The notes below the pieces were generated by a model. The model had not been told where the DNA came from. It worked only from the letters and a program-made list of their open reading frames with translations, and did no database searches. Shown here piece by piece: positions 1 to 8,559 of a stretch of DNA of 56,354 nucleotides. A program made the position numbers and the translations under genes. Source of the DNA: Eubacteriales Family XIII. Incertae Sedis bacterium (GTDB taxonomy: Bacteria > Bacillota > Clostridia > Peptostreptococcales > Anaerovoracaceae); the NCBI GenBank assembly GCA_031257175.1, contig JAIRPE010000086.1, positions 1 to 56,354 of the forward strand. Reading direction: 5' to 3'. The number at the start of each line of letters is the position of its first letter. Within the stretch, counting starts at the first letter, position 1.

Positions 1-133
1 AAAGTGGCCCTCGACGCGCTGGGGAAAAGAAGAAAAATCAGTTAGCAAAAATTGCCATGGGAACGGGGCGTTTAAAAAAAAGATTCTCGCCCCCATCCAC
101 AACAACTTGACACCGTCCCTGTGACGATGTATG

Positions 134-162
134 TTGACAAATCTGTTTTTATCCCGCATAAT
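134..162 (+). promoter_or_regulatory. candidate sigma-A promoter for tRNA-Ala
   Basis: TTGACA at 134-139, 17-nt spacer, CATAAT at 157-162, about 40 nt upstream of the tRNA 5' end. A second TTGACA lies at 107-112. Confidence 0.4.
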
Positions 163-204
163 ATAACTTGTGCTTGTAATTTTGACATACGAGCAGCAAG
201 ATAA

Positions 205-280
205 GGGGAATTAGCTCAGCTGGGAGAGCGCGTGGTTCGCAATCACGAGGTCAGGGGTTCGATCCCCCTATTCTCCACCA
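205..280 (+). tRNA. tRNA-Ala (anticodon CGC)
   Basis: 76-nt cloverleaf folded by hand: acceptor GGGGAAT/ATTCTCC with the G3:U70 alanine identity pair, D-arm GCTC-AGCTGGGA-GAGC, anticodon stem CGTGG/TCACG with loop TTCGCAA (CGC), T-arm AGGGG-TTCGATC-CCCCT, and encoded CCA. Confidence 0.93.
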
Positions 281-387
281 ACGTTATTACGTCGCCGCAA
301 GGCGACATCAGGAGTGCAGGGCCGCGAAGTCCGGCAGAGTGTTTTACCAAGAGCCCTGCCAACGTTATTGCGTCGCCGCAAGGCGAC
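278..387 (+). repeat. two 29-nt direct repeats (28/29 identical), each containing a GNRA-tetraloop hairpin, flanking a 52-nt spacer
   Basis: CCAACGTTATT[A/G]CGTCGCCGCAAGGCGAC at 278-306 and 359-387. Each carries the hairpin GTCGCC-GCAA-GGCGAC. The spacer itself can pair GCAGGGC (316-322) with GCCCTGC (353-359). Confidence 0.8.
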
Positions 388-402
388 GTTCTGCTAAAAG
401 AA

Positions 403-427
403 GGACGGCGTTCAGCCGTCTTTTTTC
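403..427 (+). terminator. rho-independent terminator after the tRNA-Ala unit
   Basis: GACGGC-gttca-GCCGTC stem-loop (404-420) followed by TTTTTT (421-426). Confidence 0.75.
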
Positions 428-619
428 ACCCCCGCCCCACACCCACAAAAACATAAAGTTTCCCCCATTACCAACGAAGTAATACATATGCGGCGGGCGC
501 CGCGCGCCGGCTGCCCTCCCTCTGCCGTTTCCTGCCGTCCTCCCGGTTATTTCGGGCGGGGTTTGGGCCGGGGCGGCGCGCCGGATTTTGGATGAGAAAG
601 TTGGAAGGAGAAAATCATA

Positions 620-1918
620 ATGAGAAAATTTATATCGACCGCCCCCCGCCTGGGGTTGGGCCTGGGCTTGGCTTTGGCTCTGGTTCTGGCTTTGGCCGCC
701 TGCGGCGGCAAGGGCGGGGGGGATGAGGGGAACGGCCATGAGCCTTCGGCTTCGGAGGCGGCGGGCGCCGCCTCGGCCGTCACGGAGGATTGGGCCGTGC
801 CTGACAACGCGTTCACGGCTTGGTACAGCGAGGATGAGCCTGAGGACAGCACGGGGGTCTCCGTCGATTCTGAGACTGTCCGAATAGGGAAAACCGCAGA
901 CGGCAAGGATGTGTTCTCTCTCCTGCGCCTGCCCTTGAAGGGGACTTGGCTGGCCGCGGAGGTGAGCGAGGCTCGGCTTTGGCTCAAGCCTGAGGGCGGG
1001 GGCGCGGCCCCCGAGGCTGTGCGCGTCAGCTTCGCCTCGCAGCCCTGGAGTTTCTCCCTGACCACCCGCGCGGAGGCCCGCGCCTTGGTCGAGACGGGGA
1101 GCATGTCGTCCCAGCCCGTCCAAAAAGAGAAGGACGGCTGGGTGAGCGTCCCCGTGACGGATTACGTGAGGGTGCTGCTCAGCGGGGAGCATCCCAACTA
1201 CGGCTTCGCGCTCTTCGGGGAGACGGAGGGCGAGACCGCGGCCTTCGCCTCGGGCTGGGCGGAGGACGCGGCGTCGCGCCCCTATCTGCGCGTCACGGGC
1301 GCGGCGGGCGAGCGGGATTTGGGCCACGGCAAATTCGCCTACGCGGAGACGCCGCTGCCGGGCGCGGGGATCGAAGAGGGCGGCAATTGCATGTCCTACG
1401 CCCTGCGCGACCTGGACATGATACTCATCGACGACCTGGGGGCGGATTTTGACGAGATGAACCGCGTCTACGCCGAATCGGGAGAGGACGGCGTGGCGGA
1501 TTACACGGCCAAACTGGTCGAGGATTACGTGGGCGCCCACGAGGACGCCTTGGGGATTTCCGACTTCCGCCGATTGGACGGCTTCGACGCGGGGATTGAC
1601 CCCTCCGCGGAGTACCGCGTGGCCCTGCGCGTGGGCTGCAAGGTGTACGAGGAGGCGCCCGACTTGGGCGGGAAGGGCAATTTTGATTTCCATTTTTGGG
1701 CGCAATTGGACGACGGGCAGTGGGCGCAGAAGTTCCCTCTGGACGCGTCCGAGATAGTCCCCGCCTCGGGCCCTGGGATTCCGCCTGACAAATATCCTTG
1801 GGATTCCGCGCTTATGTGGACGGACAAGGCGCAAAACTATTACACCAGCAAGGTCACGTTCTTCGCCGTGACGAAGGGTACTGAGGAGTTCACGAAGCAT
1901 AAGACCGACCCGCGCTAG
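620..1918 (+). CDS. secreted lipoprotein with an N-terminal DNRLRE-like domain and a C-terminal domain with possible Cys/His residues; function unknown
   Basis: AAGGAG RBS 9 nt upstream of the ATG. Signal peptide with lipobox (LALAAC). The FSLLRLPL...AEVSEARLWLK...WSF...NYGFALF pattern resembles DNRLRE/TGF-beta-propeptide-like domains. The C-terminal part contains GGNCMSYAL and DFHFW. Coding-like GC3 bias. Confidence 0.8.
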   Translation: MRKFISTAPRLGLGLGLALALVLALAACGGKGGGDEGNGHEPSASEAAGAASAVTEDWAVPDNAFTAWYSEDEPEDSTGVSVDSETVRIGKTADGKDVFSLLRLPLKGTWLAAEVSEARLWLKPEGGGAAPEAVRVSFASQPWSFSLTTRAEARALVETGSMSSQPVQKEKDGWVSVPVTDYVRVLLSGEHPNYGFALFGETEGETAAFASGWAEDAASRPYLRVTGAAGERDLGHGKFAYAETPLPGAGIEEGGNCMSYALRDLDMILIDDLGADFDEMNRVYAESGEDGVADYTAKLVEDYVGAHEDALGISDFRRLDGFDAGIDPSAEYRVALRVGCKVYEEAPDLGGKGNFDFHFWAQLDDGQWAQKFPLDASEIVPASGPGIPPDKYPWDSALMWTDKAQNYYTSKVTFFAVTKGTEEFTKHKTDPR

Positions 1919-1988
1919 AGGGAATGCCGCTTCATGCTGTTCCCTCTTTGAAATGCGGGATGGCGAAGAGAGAGCGGCGTCAGGCGCG

Positions 1989-2036
1989 AAGAACGCCCTC
2001 GCGGCCCGAATGGAGCCGCGAGGGCGTTCTTTTATT
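1989..2036 (+). terminator. rho-independent terminator between convergent genes
   Basis: 17-bp perfect stem AAGAACGCCCTCGCGGC / GCCGCGAGGGCGTTCTT (1989-2005 / 2015-2031) followed by T-rich TTATTGCTGTTTT. A second GC hairpin GCCCGCCC/GGGCGGGC lies at 2050-2074. Confidence 0.7.
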
Positions 2037-2120
2037 GCTGTTTTCCGACGCCCGCCCTATGTTCGGGGGCGGGCTCAATGGCCGGCGTCATAGGCCCGCC
2101 GTTTTGGCCTGGGGCGAGGG

Positions 2121-5100
2121 TTACCTCCGAACGCCTGCCAGGTGCGAGTTGACGCGCTTCCATTCCGCTTCCAGGGCGGCCCAGTCGCGATTGGCCGTCA
2201 GGTTTTTCCAATGCTCGAGGGCGAAGCCCAGCGTCGGGTCTTGGGCGGTCTTGCGGTCAAAGTCATGGGAGTTGGTCGCTTCCTGCACGTCGAAGTAGTA
2301 CCATGCCGCTTTGTCGGCGTTGTCCACCCAGTGTATCATGGCGGGGAGCATGTCCTCCTCGCTGTCCACTCCGCGTTCGAGGACTCGGTTCATTATCGCG
2401 ATGAACTCGGCGCGGGTGATGTTGTCGTTGGGTCGGAACAGGCCGTTGCCGTCGCCCTTCAGCCAGCCTATGGAGGCCGCGAGCAGTATGTCCGTCTCAG
2501 CCCAGTGCTTCTCGATGTCGGTGAAGGTCAGGTCGTTCTTGGGCTGGAGCGCCATCAGGCGGGCGAACCTGGCGATGACCGCCGAAAGCTCGGCGCGGGT
2601 GATGCTGCCGTTCGGCCTGAAATCTCCCTCAGGATAGCCCTTCACCACGCCCATCTCGCTCATGACGGACACGGGGACGAAGTAAAATCTGTCGTAGGTG
2701 ACGTCCGGGAACGGGTTCTTTTCCATCCAATAATTGTTTCGGACGTCGTCCAGCAGCAGCCTGTACAGAACCGTCGTGACTTCGCCGCGGGTGATGCTCT
2801 GTTTCGGGCGCACGGTGCCGTCGGGATAGCCTATGACGTATGCCACGTGGTCGCTGATGAATATGCTGGGGGCTGAAGCCAGCGGCGGTTCTTCTTCCTC
2901 GACCGTCACCGTGGGGGGCGGGGTCGTCGTGCCGCCACCGCCGGTGGAGGGTCCGGGGCCTGTGCCGGGGCCGTTGCTTCTCCACTGGGCGTAGAGGGTC
3001 GTGTCCGCTTTGATGTTGAACGTCCCTCCTGCCGCGTAGGAAGTTCCCGTCCCGTCGGCTTTCGTGTTCCATCCCTGGAATGTGTAGCCTGACCTGTCAA
3101 TTGCTCCCTTGGTCAGCACGGTGACGGCGCTGCCCGAGGCGTACTTGTTCGTCCCTGTCGGGGCGTTGCCGTTCGTGTCCACGGTGGCCGTGCCGCTGGT
3201 GTGGCCGTTGCCGTTGTAGGTCACGGTGAAGGCGAAGACTTGCTCCAGCGTCGGTCTTTCAGTCCACTGGGCGTAGAGGGTCGTGTTCTCGGTTATGGTG
3301 AACACGCCGCCCGCGCCGTAGCTCGTCCCGCTGCCGTTCGCCGCCGTGTTCCAGCCTTGGAACACGTAGCCGTCTTTTTCCAGGTCGCCCTTGCCCAGCA
3401 CGGTCACCGGGCTTTCAGGCTCGTACTTGTTCGTCCCCGCCTGGGCGTTGCCGTTCGCGTCCACGGGGACTGTCCCGTCGGTGTGGCCGTTGCCGTCGTA
3501 GGTTATCGTGACGGCCAGGTCGGTGGGCTCGTCGGGGCCCCATATCGCGTAGAGGGTCACGTTGCCTGTGATGGTGAACTCGAGGCCCGCGCTGTAGCCT
3601 ATCCCGCTGCCGTCGGCTTCGGTGTTCCAGCCTTGGAACACCTGGTCGTCCTTGGCCAGGTCGCCTTTGCCCAGGACGGTCACGTTTCTGCCCGAGGCGT
3701 ATTTGTTAGTCCCTGTCGGAGCGTTGCCGTTCGTGTCAACGGGCGCCGTGCCGCTGTCGTTGCCGTTGCCGTCGTAGGTCACGGTGAAGGCTTGCTCCAG
3801 CGCCGGCTTCCGCGTCCACTGGGCGTAGAGGGTCGTGTCCTCGGTTATGGTGAACTCGCCGCCCGCGCTATAGCTCGTCCCGCTACCGTCCGCCGCCGTG
3901 TTCCAGCACTGGAACACATAGCCGTTATTGGTCAGGTCGCCTTTGCCCAGCACGGTCACTTCGCTGCCTGAGGCGTATTTGTTGGTGCCGCTTGGGGCGT
4001 TGCCGTTCGTGTCGGCGGGCGCCGTGCCGCTGTCGTTGCCGTTGCCGTTGTAGGTCACGGTGAAGGCTTGCTCCAGCGTCGGCCTTTCAGTCCACTGGGC
4101 GTAGAGGGTCGTGTTCTCGTTGATGGGGAATTTGTCCCCCGCGTTATAGCTCGTCCCGCTGCCGTCCGCCGCCGTGTTCCAGCGCTGGAACACATAGCCG
4201 TTATTGGTCAGGTCGCCCTTGCCCAGGACGATCACGCCGCTCGCGGGCTCGTACTTGTTGGTTCCCGCCTCGGCGCTGCCGTTCGTGTCCGCGGGGGCCG
4301 TCCCGCCCGTGTTCCCGTTGCCGTCGTAGGTCACGGTGAACACGTTCTTGTACACCGCCCAGTATTCCCTGGGCGTCGTCGCTATGTTGAAGGCGTAGTC
4401 CAGGTTCATCGGCCACGCCCAGCCTTCCGTGCTGGCCCAGCCCAGGAACACGTAGCCGCTCGGGGGCAAGATGATGTCGCCGGGCGCCACCAGCGGCTGG
4501 TTGTGCGCCACCGTCCGCCTCACCTCGGTGACAGTCCCGCCGAAGGTGCCGTTAAGCCCGCCGCTCACCGAATGGAAGATGACATTGGCCTGTATGTCGG
4601 GCGGGTATTTCGGGTACAGGTACAGCACGCGGTCGCCTTGGGCTCCCACGGGGAGCGTGTTAACGTAGGCTTCGTCGAAAGCCCGTCCCTCGTCGAAGCG
4701 CCCGCCGCCGTTTTCGTAGAACCAGCCCAGGAAACGCTGGCCTTCCATTTCCGTGCCGCGCGGTTCCAGGGGCAGGGCCTCGTAGGCGTCGCCGAAGCTG
4801 CTGCCGTACCTGACGTCGTAGGTCGCCCAAGGCGCGTTCTGCGTCGCGGCGTAGGGAGCCTTCATGAACACGACTTTGACGTATTTCCAGGTGTATTTCG
4901 CGTAAAGCTGGATGTCGGTGTATATGGGCTTCGTGCCCTCGTACTTCACGTAGGAGACGCCGTCCCCCGCGTCGATTCTCTCATACCAGCCCTCGAACTC
5001 CGCCATGCCCTGGAAGGCGGGCGGCACGTAGCCGGGCAACGGCCCATAGGAGCCCACGTAGGTCTGGCCGTTGGGCGCGTCGCTCTTCGTCAGCGCGGGT

Positions 5101-7901
5101 ATCAAGGACGCGTCCTGAGCCGCGGCGGAGTAGAACTGCACCGTGTGCTTGTTGTCGGCGGCCAGGGGCGCCCACTTCGCGTAGAGCGCGAGAGGGGCGG
5201 CGGGCATGGGCGCGCCGTAGGCGGGGTCGGTCTCGTGGCCGGGCACCGCGTTGAACTGATACGGCTGGTAACGCGCCTCGTCCACGAACCAGCCCGCGAA
5301 GGAGTACCCAGGCATCTCAGGCGTTTCCAGATAACTCCCTATACTCGCCTCGAAGGGCACGTCCTCCCTCACCTCGGGGTTCGTCGAGGCGTTGGTCTTG
5401 TAGACGGTGAGCGGGTAGGACTTGCGGTTGTAGTACACGTACACCTGGACGGGGTTCTCTATGTTGTAGTTGTTGTCAGACCCCGCGGTCACGGCGCCGT
5501 ACCAACTGTTCGCGTTCTGCGCGGGATCCCCGCTGACCGCCAGGGGGAAGTAGTCCCCGTAGGTGAAGCAGGCCGTGCCCGCTATGTCGAAGCCGTCTAT
5601 CAGTATCTGTATGGCAGGCTCCTCAGGGACGAATATGCCCCTGTTGGGCGAGGCCGCCGTCGGCTCGTCGGCGTTAGAGGGCGTCTGGACGATGATATTG
5701 TTGCCGCTTGCCCCGATATCCTGCCTGAGGTTCCGAACCGAGCGGGCGAGTTCCGCGGCCTCCGTGTAGTCATCATTGAAATAGCCGCCAGCGTCATAGG
5801 AGCCGGAAAGATTGATAAGCTTGTAGACGCCGCCGTCGTAGTTATATGTGGTGGTGGGGCTTTGCGCCGCGCCGCCCACGTTCTGGAGCATGTAATGGAT
5901 CGCGAACAGGCGCCTGGTGTTGTTCGCCCATGCCGAAGTCACGGACACGCGGTTGCCGCTCGCCGCTCCATAGAGGCGGCTGTCGAAGGTGGCGAAGGGG
6001 TTTTTCCAATAAGCCCCTGTCGGCCTGCCGTTGACTAACAGCCTCCATCCGTCAAAGTATGACGCCGCGCCCGGCCGAGGTATGGGATACACCGAGGTCA
6101 GGCTCTGCTCCCTCTTGGCGTAGATGTAGTAGTCGGGCGCGGTGTCGCGCCCGGGCGACAATGCCACAGTAGGGGCGGCAGGGGCCACTATTTCGCTACG
6201 GGTGGTTTCGGTGGGGTTCGACGAGATATCCCCCAAGAAATCCATCCCCAAGGTGTACACCTGCTGCCTGTAATACACGTTGACCACCGTGTCCCCAGCG
6301 ATGGACGCGTTGAACACCCCTGCGGCCCCCGCCAGCGTATGCTCGCTCTGCCTGTCCGTGGCGGCCGTGCCGGCGCTGGGCGTGAGGGTGTCGTTCGCTA
6401 CGCTGATGTGGCGGAACACGGAGCCTTCGGGGCGATTGGCGGCCTCATCGGCGCCCTCCCTGCTGACCGAAATCCCGTTCAGGGCGGCCAATCCCGCGCT
6501 GAGGTCAATGGGCCTCGACACGGCCCTCAATATCCTGTAATTCCCCTGATTCTCGCCGGGGTCCAGCGCGGGGTCGGCCATAGGGTCATAGCCGCCCGCA
6601 GGCGTGGCCGTGGCGAAGGGCGCCAGCGCGTCGGGCTTCTCCACCCAATATACTACGGTGTAGCTGGTGGAACTGAGCCGCCACTTAGCCCTCAGGGTGA
6701 TATCGCCCGTCACGGGCGCGGAAAAATCGTAGGGCGAGTCGGCGGGAACGCCGCCCGCGCCGACCAAATACCAGCCCTCGAAGGCGTAGCCGCCCCGCTG
6801 CGGGGCGGGAGAGGGCGTCGGGACGGCGGCGCCGCTAGTCCATATGTGAACAGGGGGCGTCACGCTGCCTCCGTCGCTGTCAAAGGCCACGGTGAAATAA
6901 CTGCCCATGTCAGGCACGACGACCAGATGCTTGCTCTGGGGCGCCAGCGCCGTCACGTCGCCCGTGGGGGGATTGGCGTTGCCGCCGCCCGCCGCGTCGG
7001 CGCCTGTCCTGGTCTCGCCCACGCCGTACCACAGGTACTTCCATTGCCCGGCGAAGACCCCGTTAAAATTGTTCACGGCGTAGCCGGGGGCGGATATCCC
7101 GTCCTCCGGCCCGCGCAGCTCCGTCCTGACAAGCTCAAGAACGGGCTCGCCGCCGTCGGGGTAGCTCCAGTTGTAATACTCGACCCTGTAGGCTTCCTCA
7201 AAGACCGCGTACAGAGCCGTGTCCTCGGCCAACTCCCTGGGGAAGGTGGACAGCACGTCCCCCGCCCCGGCGTCCCTGCGGGCCGCCCAGCCGACGAACC
7301 TCTTGCCGTCCAGGTCGGCCAGCCGCTTCAGCTCCTGGCCCGCCGCGCCCGCGAGCATGTCCTCCGTGAGGGTGGCTGACGCGCCGTCTCCCTTGTCAAG
7401 GAGCAGATATGTCAGCCAAATGTCGTGCCTGTCCGCAGGGGCCGCGCCGCCCACCGGGATGTAAAAGGAGACCGTGACGTACCTGGCGTCTATGTAATGG
7501 GCGTAGAGGTCCAGGCACAGCTTGCCGCCCTCGCCGTCGGGCTTGAACAGAGTGACGGGCAAACTGTTCAAGTAGCCGAAGTCGGTGTATCCCCGCGTGT
7601 ACCAGCCGTTGAATTTCTTGCCCTGTTCGTCGTAGTCGGGTATCTTGGCGGAATGCTCGGGCATTCCCTTGGGGTCTTCCACCGCGCAGATGGGGACGTC
7701 CCGCCCCTCCACCGACACGGGCGCGCCCGCCCTCAGCTCTATGGGGGCCGTATCCCCCTCGCTGAGGTGGAACCTCACGTAATACTCAGGGTCGCCGTCC
7801 TTGGCCGCGACGCCCGCGGCCCCGCTCGGCATCAGCCCCAAGAGCAGGAAGAGCGTCAGCAGCGCCGCTGCCGGCCTATTGCGCTTTTGCGTAAACTTCA
7901 T
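2121..7901 (-). CDS. giant cell-surface protein (about 1926 aa) with Listeria-Bacteroides-type repeat domains and three C-terminal SLH domains
   Basis: Start moved to MKFTQKRN (ATG at 7901), preceded by GAGGGAGG. Signal peptide LLTLFLLLGLMPSGAAG. Many GWxxxxDGSGxxY...TLYAxW modules. The C-terminus has three SLH-like units (ISDHVAYVIGYPDGTVRP, VMSEMGVVKGYPEGDFRPNGSITRAE, AASIGWLKGDGNGLFRPNDNITRAE). Confidence 0.9.
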   Translation of the reverse strand: MKFTQKRNRPAAALLTLFLLLGLMPSGAAGVAAKDGDPEYYVRFHLSEGDTAPIELRAGAPVSVEGRDVPICAVEDPKGMPEHSAKIPDYDEQGKKFNGWYTRGYTDFGYLNSLPVTLFKPDGEGGKLCLDLYAHYIDARYVTVSFYIPVGGAAPADRHDIWLTYLLLDKGDGASATLTEDMLAGAAGQELKRLADLDGKRFVGWAARRDAGAGDVLSTFPRELAEDTALYAVFEEAYRVEYYNWSYPDGGEPVLELVRTELRGPEDGISAPGYAVNNFNGVFAGQWKYLWYGVGETRTGADAAGGGNANPPTGDVTALAPQSKHLVVVPDMGSYFTVAFDSDGGSVTPPVHIWTSGAAVPTPSPAPQRGGYAFEGWYLVGAGGVPADSPYDFSAPVTGDITLRAKWRLSSTSYTVVYWVEKPDALAPFATATPAGGYDPMADPALDPGENQGNYRILRAVSRPIDLSAGLAALNGISVSREGADEAANRPEGSVFRHISVANDTLTPSAGTAATDRQSEHTLAGAAGVFNASIAGDTVVNVYYRQQVYTLGMDFLGDISSNPTETTRSEIVAPAAPTVALSPGRDTAPDYYIYAKREQSLTSVYPIPRPGAASYFDGWRLLVNGRPTGAYWKNPFATFDSRLYGAASGNRVSVTSAWANNTRRLFAIHYMLQNVGGAAQSPTTTYNYDGGVYKLINLSGSYDAGGYFNDDYTEAAELARSVRNLRQDIGASGNNIIVQTPSNADEPTAASPNRGIFVPEEPAIQILIDGFDIAGTACFTYGDYFPLAVSGDPAQNANSWYGAVTAGSDNNYNIENPVQVYVYYNRKSYPLTVYKTNASTNPEVREDVPFEASIGSYLETPEMPGYSFAGWFVDEARYQPYQFNAVPGHETDPAYGAPMPAAPLALYAKWAPLAADNKHTVQFYSAAAQDASLIPALTKSDAPNGQTYVGSYGPLPGYVPPAFQGMAEFEGWYERIDAGDGVSYVKYEGTKPIYTDIQLYAKYTWKYVKVVFMKAPYAATQNAPWATYDVRYGSSFGDAYEALPLEPRGTEMEGQRFLGWFYENGGGRFDEGRAFDEAYVNTLPVGAQGDRVLYLYPKYPPDIQANVIFHSVSGGLNGTFGGTVTEVRRTVAHNQPLVAPGDIILPPSGYVFLGWASTEGWAWPMNLDYAFNIATTPREYWAVYKNVFTVTYDGNGNTGGTAPADTNGSAEAGTNKYEPASGVIVLGKGDLTNNGYVFQRWNTAADGSGTSYNAGDKFPINENTTLYAQWTERPTLEQAFTVTYNGNGNDSGTAPADTNGNAPSGTNKYASGSEVTVLGKGDLTNNGYVFQCWNTAADGSGTSYSAGGEFTITEDTTLYAQWTRKPALEQAFTVTYDGNGNDSGTAPVDTNGNAPTGTNKYASGRNVTVLGKGDLAKDDQVFQGWNTEADGSGIGYSAGLEFTITGNVTLYAIWGPDEPTDLAVTITYDGNGHTDGTVPVDANGNAQAGTNKYEPESPVTVLGKGDLEKDGYVFQGWNTAANGSGTSYGAGGVFTITENTTLYAQWTERPTLEQVFAFTVTYNGNGHTSGTATVDTNGNAPTGTNKYASGSAVTVLTKGAIDRSGYTFQGWNTKADGTGTSYAAGGTFNIKADTTLYAQWRSNGPGTGPGPSTGGGGTTTPPPTVTVEEEEPPLASAPSIFISDHVAYVIGYPDGTVRPKQSITRGEVTTVLYRLLLDDVRNNYWMEKNPFPDVTYDRFYFVPVSVMSEMGVVKGYPEGDFRPNGSITRAELSAVIARFARLMALQPKNDLTFTDIEKHWAETDILLAASIGWLKGDGNGLFRPNDNITRAEFIAIMNRVLERGVDSEEDMLPAMIHWVDNADKAAWYYFDVQEATNSHDFDRKTAQDPTLGFALEHWKNLTANRDWAALEAEWKRVNSHLAGVRR
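2982..4340 (-). repeat. about five tandem copies of a 276-bp (92-aa) coding repeat inside the SLH surface protein gene
   Basis: The marker CCACTGGGCGTAGAGGGTCGTG (or a close variant) recurs near 2982, 3262, 3540, 3816 and 4090. Protein units read FTVTY(D/N)GNGN..GTAP.DTNGNA..GTNKY....V.VLGKGDL...GYVFQ.WNT.ADGSGTSY.AG..F.I....TLYAQWT. Confidence 0.9.
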
Positions 7902-8170
7902 TTCCAATTCGCCTCCCTCAATCATTTCCTTACATTATGGAGGGAATCCATGACTTTCCCTCCCGGGGATTTCTAAAAGCCCACTGTAATTCACTTTCGG
8001 CAGACCCCGGCGCGCGGGCCTCCAAGCCCCGTTCGCGCCCCTCCGTGGCGACGGCCTGCCGCGCCGCCGCCACGAAACGCAAACCTTACGCATTTCAAAC
8101 AACCTCCCGTCGATTTACAAATGATATTCGATTTATAAAATATTTCCTCATCAAGCCCACCTTTAAGAAA

Positions 8171-8199
8171 ATCATATACCTATCCCGTCATATAGTCAA
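8171..8199 (-). promoter_or_regulatory. candidate sigma-A promoter for the giant SLH protein gene (long 5' UTR)
   Basis: On the minus strand, TTGACT (8199-8194), 17-nt spacer, TATGAT (8176-8171), set in an AT-rich island. This would give a leader of about 260 nt containing GC hairpins, including GGAGGGAA/TTCCCTCC just before the RBS. Confidence 0.35.
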
Positions 8200-8503
8200 T
8201 GTTATTAGCATTTCAAAGATGTTTAACCTACGTGATATTTATGTTAAGTTTTGTTTATGCTAAATTTTGTATGGAAAAAATCGCTTTATACGCTATAAAT
8301 TCGTCTCTAGGTCTAATATTTACCTATTTTAAAATCTTACACTGCTGCGGATTGGCGGATTCTCCCATCCGCCGCCTTCCCAACGTTTTTTGGCAATAAT
8401 CAAATAAAAAATAGTATAAAAAAACACCGCAGCCCCTGCGTCCCGAGGAGGACGGTGATAATGACTCTGTTCCTTTGACGTTCCGACTTGCTGGGAAGTT
8501 CCC

Positions 8504-8525
8504 AAAAAAAATTCCGCCCTGCGGC
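8504..8525 (-). terminator. weak candidate terminator after flhB
   Basis: Minus strand reads CCGC-agg-GCGG, then AA, then T8 (plus-strand A-run 8504-8511), about 35 nt after the flhB stop. The stem is only 4 bp. Confidence 0.3.
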
Positions 8526-8559
8526 CTCATGCTTGAGCGTAATTTAGACAGGATGAGGG

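Noticed and set aside
232-456. 74-aa ORF overlapping the tRNA-Ala gene and its trailer
   Set aside because: It starts inside the tRNA and runs through the repeat hairpins and the terminator. The tRNA fold is unambiguous.
365-1900. 511-aa ORF on the minus strand, antisense to the lipoprotein gene
   Set aside because: Arg/Gly/Pro/Ala-rich translation typical of a GC-rich shadow frame, with no RBS and no motifs. It also runs through the tRNA terminator region. The plus-strand gene has an RBS, a lipobox signal peptide and domain-like sequence.
2982-4340. Regularly spaced repeats that might be mistaken for a CRISPR array or other repeat element
   Set aside because: The period is 276 bp with no unique spacers. 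The repeats are in frame and encode a 92-aa protein module inside a continuous 1926-aa ORF.
4068-6038. 656-aa plus-strand ORF (and neighbours 3201-3971, 6339-7379, 7425-7976) inside the giant SLH protein gene
   Set aside because: These are antisense shadow ORFs of a gene with a clear signal peptide, repeat modules and SLH domains. Their sequences are Arg/Val/Gly/His-rich with no recognisable domains.
7937-8530. Small ORFs (108, 66 and 68 aa) in the AT-rich flhB/SLH-gene spacer
   Set aside because: Their composition (Phe/Ile/Lys/Leu-rich on the plus strand) reflects AT-rich promoter DNA. They have no RBS and no motifs, and the region is better explained as a terminator plus promoter plus long leader.
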